Assembly: GCA_964016885.1 (NCBI GenBank) | Contig: OZ024742.1 | Location: 68,758,001-68,822,000 of the forward strand | Reading direction: 5' to 3' | DNA from: Eledone cirrhosa | Taxonomy: Eukaryota | DNA length: 64,000 nt | Part shown: positions 12,946-27,299 of the stretch, one piece after another | How positions within the stretch are numbered: position 1 is the first letter of the stretch | Layout: every line of letters begins with the position of its first letter | Position numbers and translations under genes: made by a program | The notes under the pieces: model-generated | The model's input: the letters and a program-made list of their open reading frames with translations, nothing else | Database searches by the model: none | Told to the model about the DNA's origin: nothing

Positions 12946-13262
12946 AACTGGCACTCTGTTGGGTATGAAGATGAGTGTTCCAGTTGATCCAATCGATGGA
13001 ACAGCCTGTTCATGAAATTGACAAGCAAGTAGTTAAGCATTTCACTGACATGTGTACCCTTAACGTAGTTCTCAGGGAGATTCAGCATGACACAGAACGT
13101 GACAAGACTGGCCTTTCAAATTACATGTACAACTCATTTTTGCCAGCTGAGTGGACTGGAGCAATGCGAAATAAAGTGTCTTGCTTAAGGACACAACGCG
13201 CTGCTGGGAATTGAACTCACAACCATACGATTGTGAGCCGAATACACTAATCACAAAGCCAA
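12946..13262 (-). mobile_element. Near full-length tRNA-derived SINE (same head as 5657 and 44116, different body)
   Basis: Minus strand: gagttcaattccc, ccttaagcaagacactttatttc, then a distinct body. Degenerate copies at ~21870-22175 and ~23710-23860. Confidence 0.8.
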
Positions 13263-16149
13263 TGACAAAAACAATAGCCAACTAGAATTTTAATATTCTT
13301 TTCCTGCTAAAGCAAGGGTTAGCCTTGCAGGCCCCATGCCAGACTTCATAATTATTGGTCGTTTTTAAGGCAATGTTTTACAGCCAAATGCCCTTCTTCG
13401 CCCTGACCAATTTTGTGTATTAGATTATTGTAAAGACTCACTATTCACACTAATTATTAGCTTAGTAGCTGTTGTGGTTGTTTAGCCCCAGGTCAGCTCT
13501 GATCCAGCTCACTTATCAAAAGTGCTCCAGCTATGACTATTGTTTATCACATCTTTCCTCTCTTAAGATGGCATGGTGTAATTTGAGGGATATTTGGTTG
13601 TTAACTTTAGCAAGTTAATTGACTCCATGGAGTCCTCATTAACCAAGTAGTAGCCCAATTTAGGGACAAAACCTTTCACTTAGTCTTTCATGAAAGTCTA
13701 TTTCATCTACTTATGGCACACCAGATTTACGGAAAGTTTGTCTCACCTAGTACAACTAGATAGCTACAAATTGAAGTTGGTATTACAAGATTTTTTTTAG
13801 CAGTGGGTTGAATTACATTGCTATTTTAACAGTCAGAAATGTAGAGAGATATTTTACAGCTGAAATTCTGTATTTGTTTAATGACAAGAAAAAAAATGTT
13901 TGTTTTGTTTTTGTTTTTTAAACAAATACTTCCTCAAGCGTAGAGAATTTATAACATTTTTGAGGCTTAAATACAAGATCTGACTAAGTTACTGAGTGAT
14001 ATACAAATGTTATATAGGTTTACTTATTTCGATTATTCTTATACCAGAAAAAAACTTAAGCAAGATGTCTGTCTTCTGGATTTTGCAGGCTCAAAGCTCT
14101 ACCTTAGTTTTCAATTTGTGAATGAACTCTCCCAATGTAAATTTCCTCAACAAGCAAAATATTATTTACATAAAAGATGCATTAAATTTGTTTAAATCTG
14201 CAGCAAATTAAGAAGTGACAATCAGATAATTTCAATAATTATGACAAGATCATAAGTAAAATAGACTTTCAATAGAAGCAGCTTCAGAGTGTATTCTGGG
14301 TTGAATACAATATAATTTTGGACTGAAGTTTCTTTGTACAGAGAAAATCTATTGAAAGAGCTTTCTGATTTAGCATTAACTACTTTTTTTTTCTACTTTT
14401 TTTTTCAAATTCAAATGTTGATAAAGAAATACTTTAGAGACGTAAACATTGTTTATTCAAAATTTTGCAAGCAATCGGATGAGAAATTCTATATGTAAAA
14501 ATGTAAAGATAAATGCTGCTTCAATTACAAATTTTCGAAGCATATTTTGAGAAAATAAGAACAATAGAGGCCTATGACCTGACTCTAGAGGGAAAGGGTG
14601 ACAACAAATTCCACATTTTGGAAGGGTGCTTTGATTTAAAATTCTTTGAATTTGATTAAATATAAGTTAGGTTAAATTATTTTTGCTCTTTAAAACCTAT
14701 ATTAAATGTTTTAGCAGTAATGTTTGCTACTATCCAATACTTCCAATATTTGAAAATTATTTATCTTAGCATTTATTATTAGCACCGTTCAACAAAATAT
14801 TGGTACTTTTTAGCATGGCACTTTAAAAAAATCAGTAACATAGGTTTTAAGGCCAGTTCCCCTGCAAAAGCAGGGATTAGCCTTATGGGCTCCATGTTAA
14901 GCTTCATGTCTATCAAGGGGCCACTTTTGAGGCAATATTCTATAGCTAGATACTCTTCATGTTGCAAATATTTTTAGTTACCTCTTACAACAAGCAGGAT
15001 ATGGTGTACCTATTCTAAACAGGCCTTTTAATCCAACCTTTGCTAGCAACGAAAACTGATGTTAAATATTGATGATGAGTATGATGATGATATACAGTCA
15101 GTGAGTGTATGTGTGTATGTGTGTTCACATAATGTGAATTGTGTTATTTTGTTGGGTGTTGTGTTTTATGTGTTGTGTAATCTGTAATATGCTTAAGTTT
15201 TCAGTGGTGATTGTGCACAGTATATGGTGTGTAAACTGGGATATGTATTTAAGGTTGGGTGGTGATTATGTTTTTTCTGTGTTGTGTGAATGATGTATTA
15301 TTAGGAGGCAATTGAATAGAATATGAATTGTTAGTTGTTGGTGGTGTGTGAGGAGTGTTATTGTATTGAGTATTGATTATGTAAGAGTATTTTATTGGAT
15401 AGTGTTTTTTTAGTGTATGTACTGTATAGGTTGTGTTATATTATTGAGTGGTAATAGGGCAGTGGATTGGCAGAGTCATTCGAGCATTGGACAAATGCTT
15501 AGAGGTATTTGTTCTGAATTCAAATCCCACCAAGGTCAACTTTGCTTTCATCCTTCTTAGGTTGATTCAATAAAGTACCAATCAAATATTGGGCTTGATA
15601 TAATCAACTTACACTTTCCTCCAAAAATGCTGGTATTATACCTAAATTAGAAATCATTATTGGCAGGTGATCCTGTAAGCTATTACTGTCATACACCTAA
15701 CCTATGACAGCATGGAAAACAGATGCAAAATGATCATTATATATTTTGCTTACCATGGTTTTCATTGCTGCAATTAAATTTATTCTAACCATCCATTAGT
15801 TTCAACAGCATAAATTTGATTACCATGCTTTGAAAATGGCATACACGCAGCTAGCTGAGCCAAGAACACCTGCTTGCCTTTACTAGATTACCTTATTTTC
15901 TCACTAATCACCAGTGTGAATGGGCATGGTATATATTCATTCATAAATATACTATATGCTTTTAAACTTAAACATATTTTATGATATAAACACACACAAG
16001 ACAATGTAAACAAACAAAAAAAAATCAATATCATTGTAAAAATTAATTTTAAAAAGTTATAGTTTTTGGCATTAAACTTGAAATTATTAGGTCTAATTGG
16101 AGAAAAAACATATCTAAGATAAAATGAGATAAGATGAGAATTTGGATTT

Positions 16150-17300
16150 AGTGAGTCAACAATACTATTTATAGCAACGTAAATTTGTACAGGGATCCAG
16201 ATAAAGTAGCATGTATCTCATTAAGAATGCAATGTACTACAAATCAAAGTCGAATAATGTTTGAGATGGAGGGTCTATTAATAGTTTCAAAGGGAAACTG
16301 TAATCAGAAGCAAATTTCAATTGATGTCAATGATCAAAGCGCTTAACAATTTTTCTCAATTAAAAATAATATTCAACATTTTATGCCAATAAAGGTTGAT
16401 CAGAAAACTTTTTTAAAACATCAACAACAATGAAAAAATAAAATAGCACATATTGCAGGTGCAGATAAAGATGCTGGAAACAATGGAAGAAAATAATTAC
16501 AGGGATTAAATCTTCAACATGGATGAAACAAATCTTTTCTTGAAGAAAATACCATCAAGAACTTGATTATGAATCATTACAATCTAGTTATAAAGCATAA
16601 AAGATATTTTAACCTTTTTACTTGGAGGCAATGATGAGGAGGGCTTCAAATTAAAGCAAAAGCTTTAAAAGGATGCAACAAGCAAACTCCACCAATGATT
16701 TGACAATCAAATATAAAAGTATAGGTCACCTAAGTCTTATTTGAATATTGTCATATTGCAATTTTCTCCAGAAGTTGACAGTTATTGCAAGAAAAATAAT
16801 TTAGCTAGGTTATTTTGATATTTAATATCCCTGGTTATCCAAACACAATTTTTGTATTAATCTACAGGTTATATTTTTACAACCAAATATGGCATCATGG
16901 TTAGAGTAATGTAAATACTAAAGGGTTAAGTGGCATCACATATCCAGTAAACAAAGTTGTTGATAAAATTACTACCATTGGAATGTACCTTAGCTTCAAG
17001 GATGTAGATTCAGGAAATGTTTGTGAATTATTAGCTTCATATTCAATATTTAAGCAACAATGACCACCTCACTGATACTGAGCAACAACGGGTTTAGGAG
17101 AATGAAAAAAAAAATAGAAAATAGAACTTGATGAATTTTGTGATATAGATTTGGCCAAACAACAATTAATGAATATGGATCTCAATCTTAGCAAGCATGT
17201 TTGTTAGCCAAAGTTTAAATAATCAAACATTTTTTCATCACAAAATGTATGCAAAGAAAAAAGCCCAATTGCCCAAGATAAATATTTCCTGAAAAATAAA
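16150..17300 (+). pseudogene. Highly decayed pogo/Tigger-like DDE transposase relic
   Basis: atcttcaacatggatgaaacaaatcttttc at ~16510 encodes IFNMDETNLF (pogo DETG motif); no open ORF; boundaries uncertain. Confidence 0.45.
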
Positions 17301-17580
17301 TGATTTATAATAATTGCAAATTGTTTTTTGCTTTTTTTTTTTTTTTCTAGAGTTAAATATAATTAATTCATAAACATTGTTTTTAAATCTGCTTTATATA
17401 GGTTGGATGAAACCTTTTTGAGAAAGTGTTCTATGTCCAGATGTCCTTCCTGATGCCAACCATTACTTATTTTAACCCTTTTGAAATGAAACTGCTTGAA
17501 ACTTCCCTTGGTTCTACAATTACAAAGCTGTTTATTATAAAGTAGTTATATTCATCTATTTGCCTTCCATTATAATTTTA

Positions 17581-17900
17581 TGGGTTCAAATCCCGCCGAG
17601 GTTAACTTTGCCTTTCATCCTTACGGGATCGATAAAATAAAGTACCAGTAATACACTGGGTAATTGCTGGCCTTGTGCCAAAAGTAGAAACAATTATAAT
17701 TTTATATAAGGGCGGTGAATTGGCAGTATCGGTAGAGGGTCGGACATGCTTTCCAGCATAGTTACGTCCCTTTACGTTCTGAGTTCAAATCCCGCCGAGG
17801 TTAACTTTGCCTTTCATCCTTACGGGGTCGATAAAATAAAGTACCAGTAATGTACTGGGTAATTGTTGGCCTTGTGCCAAAAGTAGAAACAATTATAATT
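17581..17900 (+). mobile_element. Tandem pair (partial + full) of a tRNA-derived SINE
   Basis: The full copy at 17711 starts ggcggtgaattggcagtatcggtagag and has B-box gagttcaaatcc. 17581-17710 duplicates its 3' half. Another copy at 53614-53800; decayed copies near 1-110, 6120 and 15460. Confidence 0.85.
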
Positions 17901-18744
17901 TTATATAAGAACCTTTGTGAATTTAGGTTCCAAACACCAAATAAATAGTAAGAAAGTTATTTTACTGAATCCTAACAAATTACTTGAAATATTATTTGAA
18001 AATTGTTGGCAGGGTTTTTGATTAGATATATGGTAAGAAACAGATTAAATAAAGTACTTATTCTACTCATATTCACACCCTGAACCAACCACAAAACTGC
18101 AGGATATATTGCTTATGATGGGCATAAACAGACATTAACTACCAAAGCAGTATCAACGTGAAGAAATATTCTGTACTCAGGCCTTGAAAAGGATGGGCTC
18201 CACTAGGCTTAAAATGCCCAAGAAATGCTGTAAGGGAGTGAATGGACAGACTCATCAGAGCAACGGATTAAATGTCATGGTATTTGTTCTGCCTTTCTTC
18301 TCTCCTATTTCAAAACCTGCAGGGGTCAACTTTGCCATTTCTCCTTTCAGGGTAAATAAATACAGCACCAATCCAAGGCAGTGGATTAGCTAAATTGTTA
18401 AAGTGGCAGGTAAGATAACTTGCAGTACCTATTCCAGCTCTGAACATTCTGAGTTTAAATCTCCCCTCCTGTCAACAACAACAAAAATGTGGCATAAAAC
18501 TGGAGACTATATGGATCTAATCGATCACCCAATTTAACCTCGCTGCCTTGCCTTTGGATGCATTCAGTAGTGTCCACTATGGTGCAAGCATTTTCAGATG
18601 AGGTCTCTGGTTTGAGGATGGTCTCTTCTCCCCTTCCCATTAATTTTTGGAAGTATTGTAAAGGATCATGAGGTCTGTCCTTCCATCCCTGTCTAAAGCA
18701 GTGAAAAAAAACCCAAAAAACAATACATAAATATATTAGGCACT

Positions 18745-19080
18745 GGGCATGGTTGTGTTTGTTTCACAACCACATAGATTTAGGTTCAATCTCACTATGT
18801 GGTAACTTAATCAAGTGTCTTCCATTCTAGCCTCAGGCAGAACAATGCCTTGAGTTTGGTAGACAGAAAATATGCAAAAAACCATTGTATATATATATAT
18901 ATGTGGGGGTGGGGGTTCATGGCCTGTAACATAGTGGTTTGACAAATAGAGATTGATAAAATAAGTACCAGATTTGAAAACATAAGTGCTAGGGTAGCTA
19001 TGATCACCTAAAAACCCTTGAAGGCAAATACCCCAGCATAGCCACAGTCCAATGACTAAAACCATTAAAAGAATAAAAGA
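18745..19080 (+). mobile_element. SINE of a third family
   Basis: ggttcaatctcact, caagtgtcttc..tagcc, internal TA/TG tract, and 3' ccccagcatagccacagtccaatgact...aaaaga tail. Confidence 0.6.
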
Positions 19081-20319
19081 ATATCTGTTTATAGACTAAA
19101 TGTCTACAAAGAAAAAGGTGCACATGTATAGAATAAATTTCTACTTACATGATTGCAAACACCTGTGTCCAAGTAAACACACACACACATCAACACATGT
19201 ATATACACATTTTGTGTACATACATGTAGTCAAGCAAATATTCAGACAAGTCAAAGCAAAAAACTCTGCACATATTCCTGCATACATGCATCAAACAGAT
19301 TGTACCAATCTCATGTTACAGCACCAACAACAGCCTGCTATTAACAGCTGTTTAATTTTACAGTTACTATCATTGTAAGGAAACAAACAGTTAAATAATA
19401 TATATACAAATATCCAGACCTACAAACACATATTTACAGACACACCCACAACCTCACAAATACACATATCTACACACAATCTCTATGTGTGTGGGTTTAT
19501 GTTTAAATTATGCAGCTGTCAACTCTATGTGAAACAATTATGACATAACTACCAGAGAAATCAGCAACAAATCTCCAATATATGAAATAAGTAAACAAAG
19601 CAATGACACAGCTCTTGTGGGTTGTTCAACCCACTCAATCTTATGCACTAGATAACTATTACTCCGTACACTCCATACTATATGTATGTTATCTTAGATA
19701 TAGGAACCTGGTGAGTCAGTCAATGGATTATATTTACAATTAGTCAAAACTCTACAACAATAAACTCACTGCTTGACCTTATGATCTGCCTGAATCATTA
19801 GCCAAATTTCTTTAAAAAATAAATTGTTTACTGAATAATGTCGTCCTTGATAGTCTGTGTAAAAAAAAAACCCCACAATATAAAGGCTGGATGGTCAAAG
19901 AAGTCTTCTATTTTAGGATATCCTGGCACTAAACATCATCCATATGTTAAAATTACACTGTGCTCTAGAATAGATATACAAGACAATGGTGGAACCTCTA
20001 CGTAGTGTCACTTATATTACTTGAAATATAAACCAAATTTCCCTCAAATCATACCCTACTGTAAAAGACACGTTAGATAACAGAGATAAACTGTTCGTAT
20101 GAAAAATGTATAGGATGGTCATGGTTAGAACATCACGCTGAATCATGACTTACTTGGGGTTTAAGCAATAATACCAATTCTTTGTGTGTGAGTGCGCATG
20201 TGAGCATGTATTTGAGTGTGCATGTGTGTGTGTGAGCGCGAGTGTGTAGGCATGATAGACAGCGAGACTAGAAATAACAGTCAAATCTCTTTTAAATCAA
20301 CCCTTCCCTCTGAATTAAA

Positions 20320-20925
20320 TTACACTGTGATAGAGATTTACAGCTTATTGGACAACAAAATATATTGGTCATAGACACAGTACAGTGAATTAGACCACAC
20401 TATAGTACCTACTGACAGCAAGGTGAACTGTTAACAGTTAAGCATTTTTACTATGGGTACAGTGAACTGTCACACACTGGTAGCTACTTATAGCTAGGTT
20501 AACCGAACTTTTGAGAATTAGTATCTTGGTCATTGTGGTATCTACTTATATCAAGGTGGTTTGATTTACTGACATAGAAGTATCTTGGTCATAATCACAG
20601 TACAGTGAAGTACATTATATTGGGGTACCTACCTGTAGCTCGGTGAACTGATGACAGGTAAAGATCTTGGTCACAGACATAGTACAGTGGTCATTGTCAT
20701 AGACCCTCAACCATAAATATTATATCTGCTTTATCTACCTATACATTGTAATTAGTTGAAATTTTGGAAATTGAATTGAATTGGCACAGTATAGCGAACT
20801 ATACTCTGCTGTGGTGCCAACCTATAACTAGGTTGACTAGGTGGTTGACAGTTAAGTGTTTTGGTAATGAACATAATATAATGAAATATACTTCGTTGTG
20901 ACACCCACTTACAGTTAGGTAGACT
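20320..20925. repeat. Degenerate ~85-bp tandem repeat
   Basis: Recurring ttggtcat..acagtacagtgaa...tacctac..tagc.aggt..actg units. Confidence 0.55.
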
Positions 20926-23900
20926 TGCTTTTTTGAAAGTTCAGTTGCCAAAAAATAGCATTCAAATCTCTTAAATCACATTCTACTATCTTAAAAGAGA
21001 GGGCACACTAGATTATAAATATAAATATACTGCCCTAAAAAAGATGTGGTAGTCACAGCTGGAAAATCTTGGATTATAGAACAGCTAAACTGGGCTTTTC
21101 TGGGGTTAGACAACCACTACAATGATGGAAGAAGGGAGGGGATTCCAGAGGATTGCATCGATATGGAGGAATGTTTAGGCAAACTGACTGATGAAGGGTT
21201 TGGGTGGGGACAATAATACAGAAGGGAATACATGAAGACAAAGGGTATGTGAATTAGGTGTTCCTGCTAGATCAGAAAAGCAAGAACTGAAATAATAGAG
21301 GTACAAGTAACAGAAAGGAAACAACAGTAACATAGGATGCTGGTGACTGTATATAGTGTGTTGGTGAGTGAAAGTTTACCAATCTGGTTAGTGTAGTTGT
21401 TTCTAAGTTGAGTGCTATTCCTAACTAGAAGATATTACTAAGTCACTATTGACCTCCTTGTTACACCTTTTTTAAAGTCTTGTATGGTGTGAATACTCTT
21501 TTATATATGGCCTACATACTAATATGAACATGACTCACATTTGAGAATCGTTATAACATACTATGGTTTCACTAATGGTTTTAGGTGCACATGCAGTTGT
21601 GATCAGACAGGGATAGTTGCTTAATTCTTGCACTCTTGACCCTGTGAAATATTCAGAATGTGACAGTCAGAAGAAGAGAAGCTAGCACTAGCACTAGGCT
21701 GGTACTTTCTTTATTGGTCTCAAAGGGCTGGAAAGCAAATAGAATTTGAATGCAGAGAACAGGAAAAAAACAGCAGCACATTCTAGTTGACAATTATAGC
21801 ATTTTCTAATTAACAAAATTAATGGCTTCTCAGATATATCATAGACACAATTTTTACAATTCATATTTTAGTTGTTTGACCAACTGAACTACCTATCTAC
21901 TGTATTATTGTGTTAAGTAGTTAAGTATTCCACAAACATGTACCTTTAATGTAATCCTATGGTAGAATCAGTATGATGCTATGTGTGACAAGGCTAGCCC
22001 TTTGATTTTACAGGCACAGTTTATCTGGTTGGCTTTCATAGTTTTCATCAACCCGATTACACTCACAAAGTTTGGATCACACCAAAAATATGATTGAAGA
22101 CAATCAAGGTTTTGTGCCAGGGGACTGAACTCAGAACCCTGCAGTTGAGAAGCAAACTTTGTAACCACTTAAGTCATATATACATGTATATAGATACTAT
22201 ATTCAATGATGGAGCCTCTACATGATTGCTTAACCTGCTAGTAATGTATTGCAGTATATATGTAAAAATATTAGTCACAGCTGGAAAGCCTTTCATCATA
22301 GGTCTGTTCAGAGTTGACCTGAGCTTGCTGGCTTGACTGTGGCAAGAGTAATATCCAGACAAGCAACCCTTTTCTCATCTGAAGGAGCTATGTCAACTCT
22401 TCTGGAAGGTCATATGCTGCAACACTTTCTCCAGTGGCAACCTCATAACTTTAGCCATAAAATTGGTGCCATTGCTTGCACTTATTGGATTGGAAGATTT
22501 CTTTTTGTGCCAGTCGCTATTGAGACCTGAAATATTCTCCCTACCTGGACTGCCAGTTTCTTCCACCAATCAGGATGAAAGTGTGACACCTAAGTAAGGA
22601 GTCCAGTGGGGTGGAATGGATGTTACAGAGAGTATCACTTGCCCTTCTACAGTGCAATGTATTTGCCATTGTGTCTGCAGGGTACAATTAAGATTTGCTA
22701 TCCAACCAAGAATGAAGAGTTTGTCCCTGGGTTAAAATCCTGTTAAAGTCAACTTTGACTTTCATCTTTTTGGGATCGGTAAAATATAGTAAAAGTCTAT
22801 AGGAGCAGTGGATTGGTGGAATTGTTATAAAGTAAGACTGATTTGGCTCAGTACATTCCGAGTTCATATCCCACTTCCTTCTGCCAGGAGTTGCAATCAT
22901 CGACTCTTTCTTTTTGTTTCTTTAATGCTGACCTGAGGATAAACAACACTTAGCTCGACATTTTGTGCTGGACTGTATAGTAGGGAAGGAATAGCAGTAG
23001 GAATCAACTATATAGTAGTGATGGTAGTGTGGACAGTGGGTTGAGGTGGTGGTAGTATATTGGTAATGTGTGATGGTGTTGGTAGTAGTGAGAGGATGAT
23101 AATGGTGGTGGTTAGTTAAGTGGTAGATCAGGGACAATAATGTTAGTTAAGTTGATAATGGTGTTTGTAATGATAGTGTTAACAATAATAGTAGTCATCA
23201 TCATCATCATTCGTCGACTACTGTCGAGATGATGGATCTCACTCTCATGCCCCAGTAATGACAAGGGATAGTTGATGGTAGTGATGAGGATGTTAGTGAC
23301 AATGATGATAACAAAGTTTTACAGCTGCACATTTGTGTTTGAGAAGAATGAGAAGAAACTGAGACGACAGAAAAGATGATGTGGGTTGGGTTTTTCAAGA
23401 GTGTTAGTGTTGGGTTTACAAACATAATATAAGTCAACAACAGTTAGTATTCCTAACTGTCAGATGCCTGTTATAATTGGATCATGGTTCACCAATATTA
23501 CTGAAGTGACACACCATAGACCTTTTGAACATGGAATCAGCATGCTGTTTATTTATACCCCTCCTCGTTTACCGTGCATGCATTATGCATGTATGTTCAT
23601 ACTGTGCATGTTCGTTAATAGAACAGAAATTGAAATAATGAAAAAAAACTATAAAAACGCTATACATATGACATTGCTGAATCCTCCAGCACTTTCAATT
23701 ATAAACATTTGATTATTCAACCAACTGAACATGCAACTTGTGAATTAGCAAGTGGTTTAGTATTCCCCTAACACATGTACCCTTAATGTAACTCTCAGAC
23801 AGAATCAGCAGGACACAGTATATAACAAGGCTAGACCTATGAATTACAGGTGCAATTCATCTGATGGGCTTCCTTATAGCAACCACTACTCTAAATATAG

Positions 23901-24719
23901 TGTTCATACAGTAGCTATTACTCTAACCTTAAAAAATAAATCATGTTTGAAGCTTCCAAATTCCTTGTCAGATTCTGTTGCTCCTACATAGTGGCATTAT
24001 GTTGCTGTGAAGATTAGCATGGCTTAGCAATATGGGAGGTGTTGGATATTAAATATTAGCAGCAGCAGTCATTGAAAATATTGATGATGTTGACCTGTCG
24101 GAAACATTATTGCAGATATCCACATGATCTACAGGCAATTAAATTGTTGAAGTTAGCCTACTAATGATCACGATTAGCAGATATGTTTGGGGAAGGGTAT
24201 TTAGAAGCTATTTGTTCAATTAATGCTAACAGCTTTTTCATCACATTTAATCTAAGCTGTGTTTCTTGTTTCTGCTAGCATGAATTAGATAACATTCACC
24301 TGTAAGATATTTCTTAATTTTGTTATTGTAATGAAGTATTAGTTAAACCTTGTAAGAATTATTATTTTTCATTATCTGCCAAGTAATTTCTCAGTTCTCA
24401 GTTGAAAATAACTTGCATGCACAAAATGTCCAATGCGATAGATATACGCTTCGATATTATGTTAGCCAAATTCCAAGTGCTTACAAATGTGTCCGAACAT
24501 GGAAGAGCTAAACTCTCACTGTCATCACCTCCATCTCTCTCGCCATCCCCATCTTTCTGTATTATGAGCAAATAGGGTCCCACGCGCTGGCCGCCCCACA
24601 GCCACGGCAAACAGAATGGAGAAGACCATTTCCCCAGAGGATGATAAGGGAGATGTGCTGGAAGAGCCATTCCATCTCGCGAGGCAAACACATGCGGCTG
24701 ACCAGCTCAGCACCTATGG

Positions 24720-25760
24720 TGTAACCTTTAGCAAATACCTCTCAAACTTTCTAATTAGAGACTGCAACCTTTTAATGTAGACCTGAGATATTGCAGAGCA
24801 GTTAGTGCTGTAATATTAAATTTTAGACTGTAGGTAAGACTTTTAATTTTCTTGCAACCAAGTCATTTTAACGCTTCCTTTGATTGAATTCTGGTTCAAT
24901 GTTTGTTACCATTGGCATTAGAATGCCAAAAGATGATGAAAAATGGCATTTCTATACATTTTCTTTTAGAACATAAGGTTTCAATCCACCAACTGTGACT
25001 GAGTCAACTATGCTCAACACATTTTGTACATATCACCAGTTCATATGTAATCTTTCCCAAGGCTGTGATTCAGACCATTTATCAGTACAAGGGGTGCTTT
25101 TTATATCTGATTTTAGCACATACGTCACAAGATTTGACAAACTGTTTAATATCTCTACCAAGATTAGGTCACCAAACAAACCCTAACATTCTTTAGTGGT
25201 TGTTGTACACTTATTTGTGTTATGAATTGTAGAAAGAACTTTTGGATGGTAAGGTTCAGAAATAAAAACAGGCTATGATCACCTAGTTCATAAGAATGAG
25301 TAATTGTCATTCTAAAAGAGTTAATCTAGGCAAATCTTTTACAGAAAACGTGATGTATTTGATGTCTTTGACTGTTTGAGCATCTGTCAGAATGTAATGC
25401 ATTTGAAAAATATACTTTATCAAACTGATTTGAATCATACTTTAGTCTACTAAAAGAATCAAAATGACTGATCTGCTGTTTTTACAAGACATGGGAATGG
25501 TTTTGAAATCATATTGTAGTAATACAAGTGTTTGCATGGCAATCCACTAAGAAGTTCATATAGAAATATGAAGGTCCTTTGAAAAATTGCATTGCAATGG
25601 ATGATTATCAGTCTTCAATATGAACGATTTTCCAAATAGAAGAGATCTTAATCTTTCAACACATACCACTGCATAGGCTTTAGATTTAATATGACTAATT
25701 TGTCTGAGTACTATCAAATATGTCTCAAGGCAATGGAAAGAAGATGTTAACAACATGGAA
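24720..25760 (-). pseudogene. Ty3/Gypsy pol relic (RNase H to integrase)
   Basis: ORF 25556-25756 has AVVCVERLRSLLFGKSFILKTDNHPLQ (RNase H TDHxPL). LLQYDFK at ~25505-25525 and FGILMPMVTNIEPEF at ~24885-24930 (integrase FGIP..VTDNG) follow in Gypsy order. Confidence 0.7.
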
Positions 25761-27199
25761 TATACATTGTGTTGACAAAGATAATGTAAACAGAATCCAT
25801 TTATAATACAAAGTCACACATGCCTTTATAAGAATTTCTGTCTTGGTAAAACAAAAAAAAAAAGTCTGCCATTGTTATCAATGTCATTTTATTTTCTGAT
25901 TATTTCACATCAAGCGTAATCAAAAATCTGCTGTATTTAGTTGAATATTGATTGGCATGCACAGCTGTGGATGAGTAACCACTGTTTGCAAACACTGTAC
26001 AACAGGTATCAATATTGATACCAATAACATAAAAATTTACATAAAAGTACAATGCGCACATATAAAATATAATGAATATTTAATATACTATCACAGAATA
26101 ATGTAACATTATCATGGTCATTTAAACTCTTCATTATACATCAGCTAGCTGGGACAACAGTTATAATTTAATACCTGTCATGCACTCCCAAATATGGCTA
26201 TGAACTTTAACTGGGGAAAAACAGATTAGTGTTTAGTTTTTACATTTAATGTGAGCAGCTAATTTTTAAGTTTAAAAATTTGGAAAAGAAAGGACCTATT
26301 ATATTTAAATACAGTAATTTAAGATGGAATTGGCAAGCTATTTTTATTCATGTTCCCCACCCCCATTCAATGTAGATATTTGTGTATTAATATTAGAATA
26401 GAAAACAACATAAGCAATTGTTTAAATATAAAAGTCAGTGACCTTGAGTTGTAAACCTGTACCCACAGTGTTGACTTGATTTCAGATTATGTAGCCACTC
26501 CTGCCATTTAGTAGTAAAATAAGATGAAATGCTTATATTTATTCAATTGCTGTGGAAATGTGTAAAGAATAAACAAATGGGTCAGAAAATGAAACAAAGG
26601 AGGTTTAACTTAGAATGAAAACCAGGTTTTCTTCTGTTTTCCAAGATCTTGTCACCACTATTGACACCCAGCCAGATATTTTGTGGAAGGGAATTAATTG
26701 ATTAGTAGCATATTTTATCAACCTCCAGAAGGATGAAAGGCAGTGAACTACAGAAGAATTTCGATATAATAATTTCTAACTTTAGTAAAAGGCTACCAAT
26801 TTATAAGGGATATCAACCATAGCATATGACTGGTACTTATCTTATAGAAACCTGCAAAGATGAAAAGCAAAGTGACACCAGCAGGAATAGTTGTCAAAAC
26901 AGGGGAGGATTAATAATATTAGTGATGATTATGATTTGTTAAGAAGAAAAAAAAACGTATTCGTACTGGAAAGAGAATGAAAGTGTGGTGACATTCATGC
27001 TTTTCCCCGCAATGAAGGATGTTATCAGTGAATTCAAAGTGTATTGGATTCAACAAGAAATCAAAACCTAGTTGCAGTTTCGACTCATCTCGAGTGTCAC
27101 TAGAATGATAATTTTTATTTGTCACAACGGCAACACTAATGCAAGTACAATTGGCATATTGTATGTATATTTACAGATACACACAAACATATGCATATA

Positions 27200-27295
27200 C
27201 ATCATCATCGCAAAAACACAAAAGCAAAAAGGAAACTGCAACCAGTGTACTGCAGAAAAGATAGCCATATTGCTCCAAATTAATCACTTGCCAAG
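27200..27295 (+). pseudogene. C-terminal scrap of a Penelope-like GIY-YIG domain
   Basis: KGNCNQCTAEKIAIL resembles the CxLCxxEK motif that ends PLE endonucleases. Confidence 0.4.
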
Positions 27296-27299
27296 AAGC

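Noticed and set aside
14000-14560. Possible hAT dimerisation-domain relic
   Set aside because: Too degenerate to support any motif.
26919-27140. Minus-strand ORF that could splice in phase 2 to the 54851 exon
   Set aside because: Weak splice sites and no recognisable protein; cannot be supported without RNA data.
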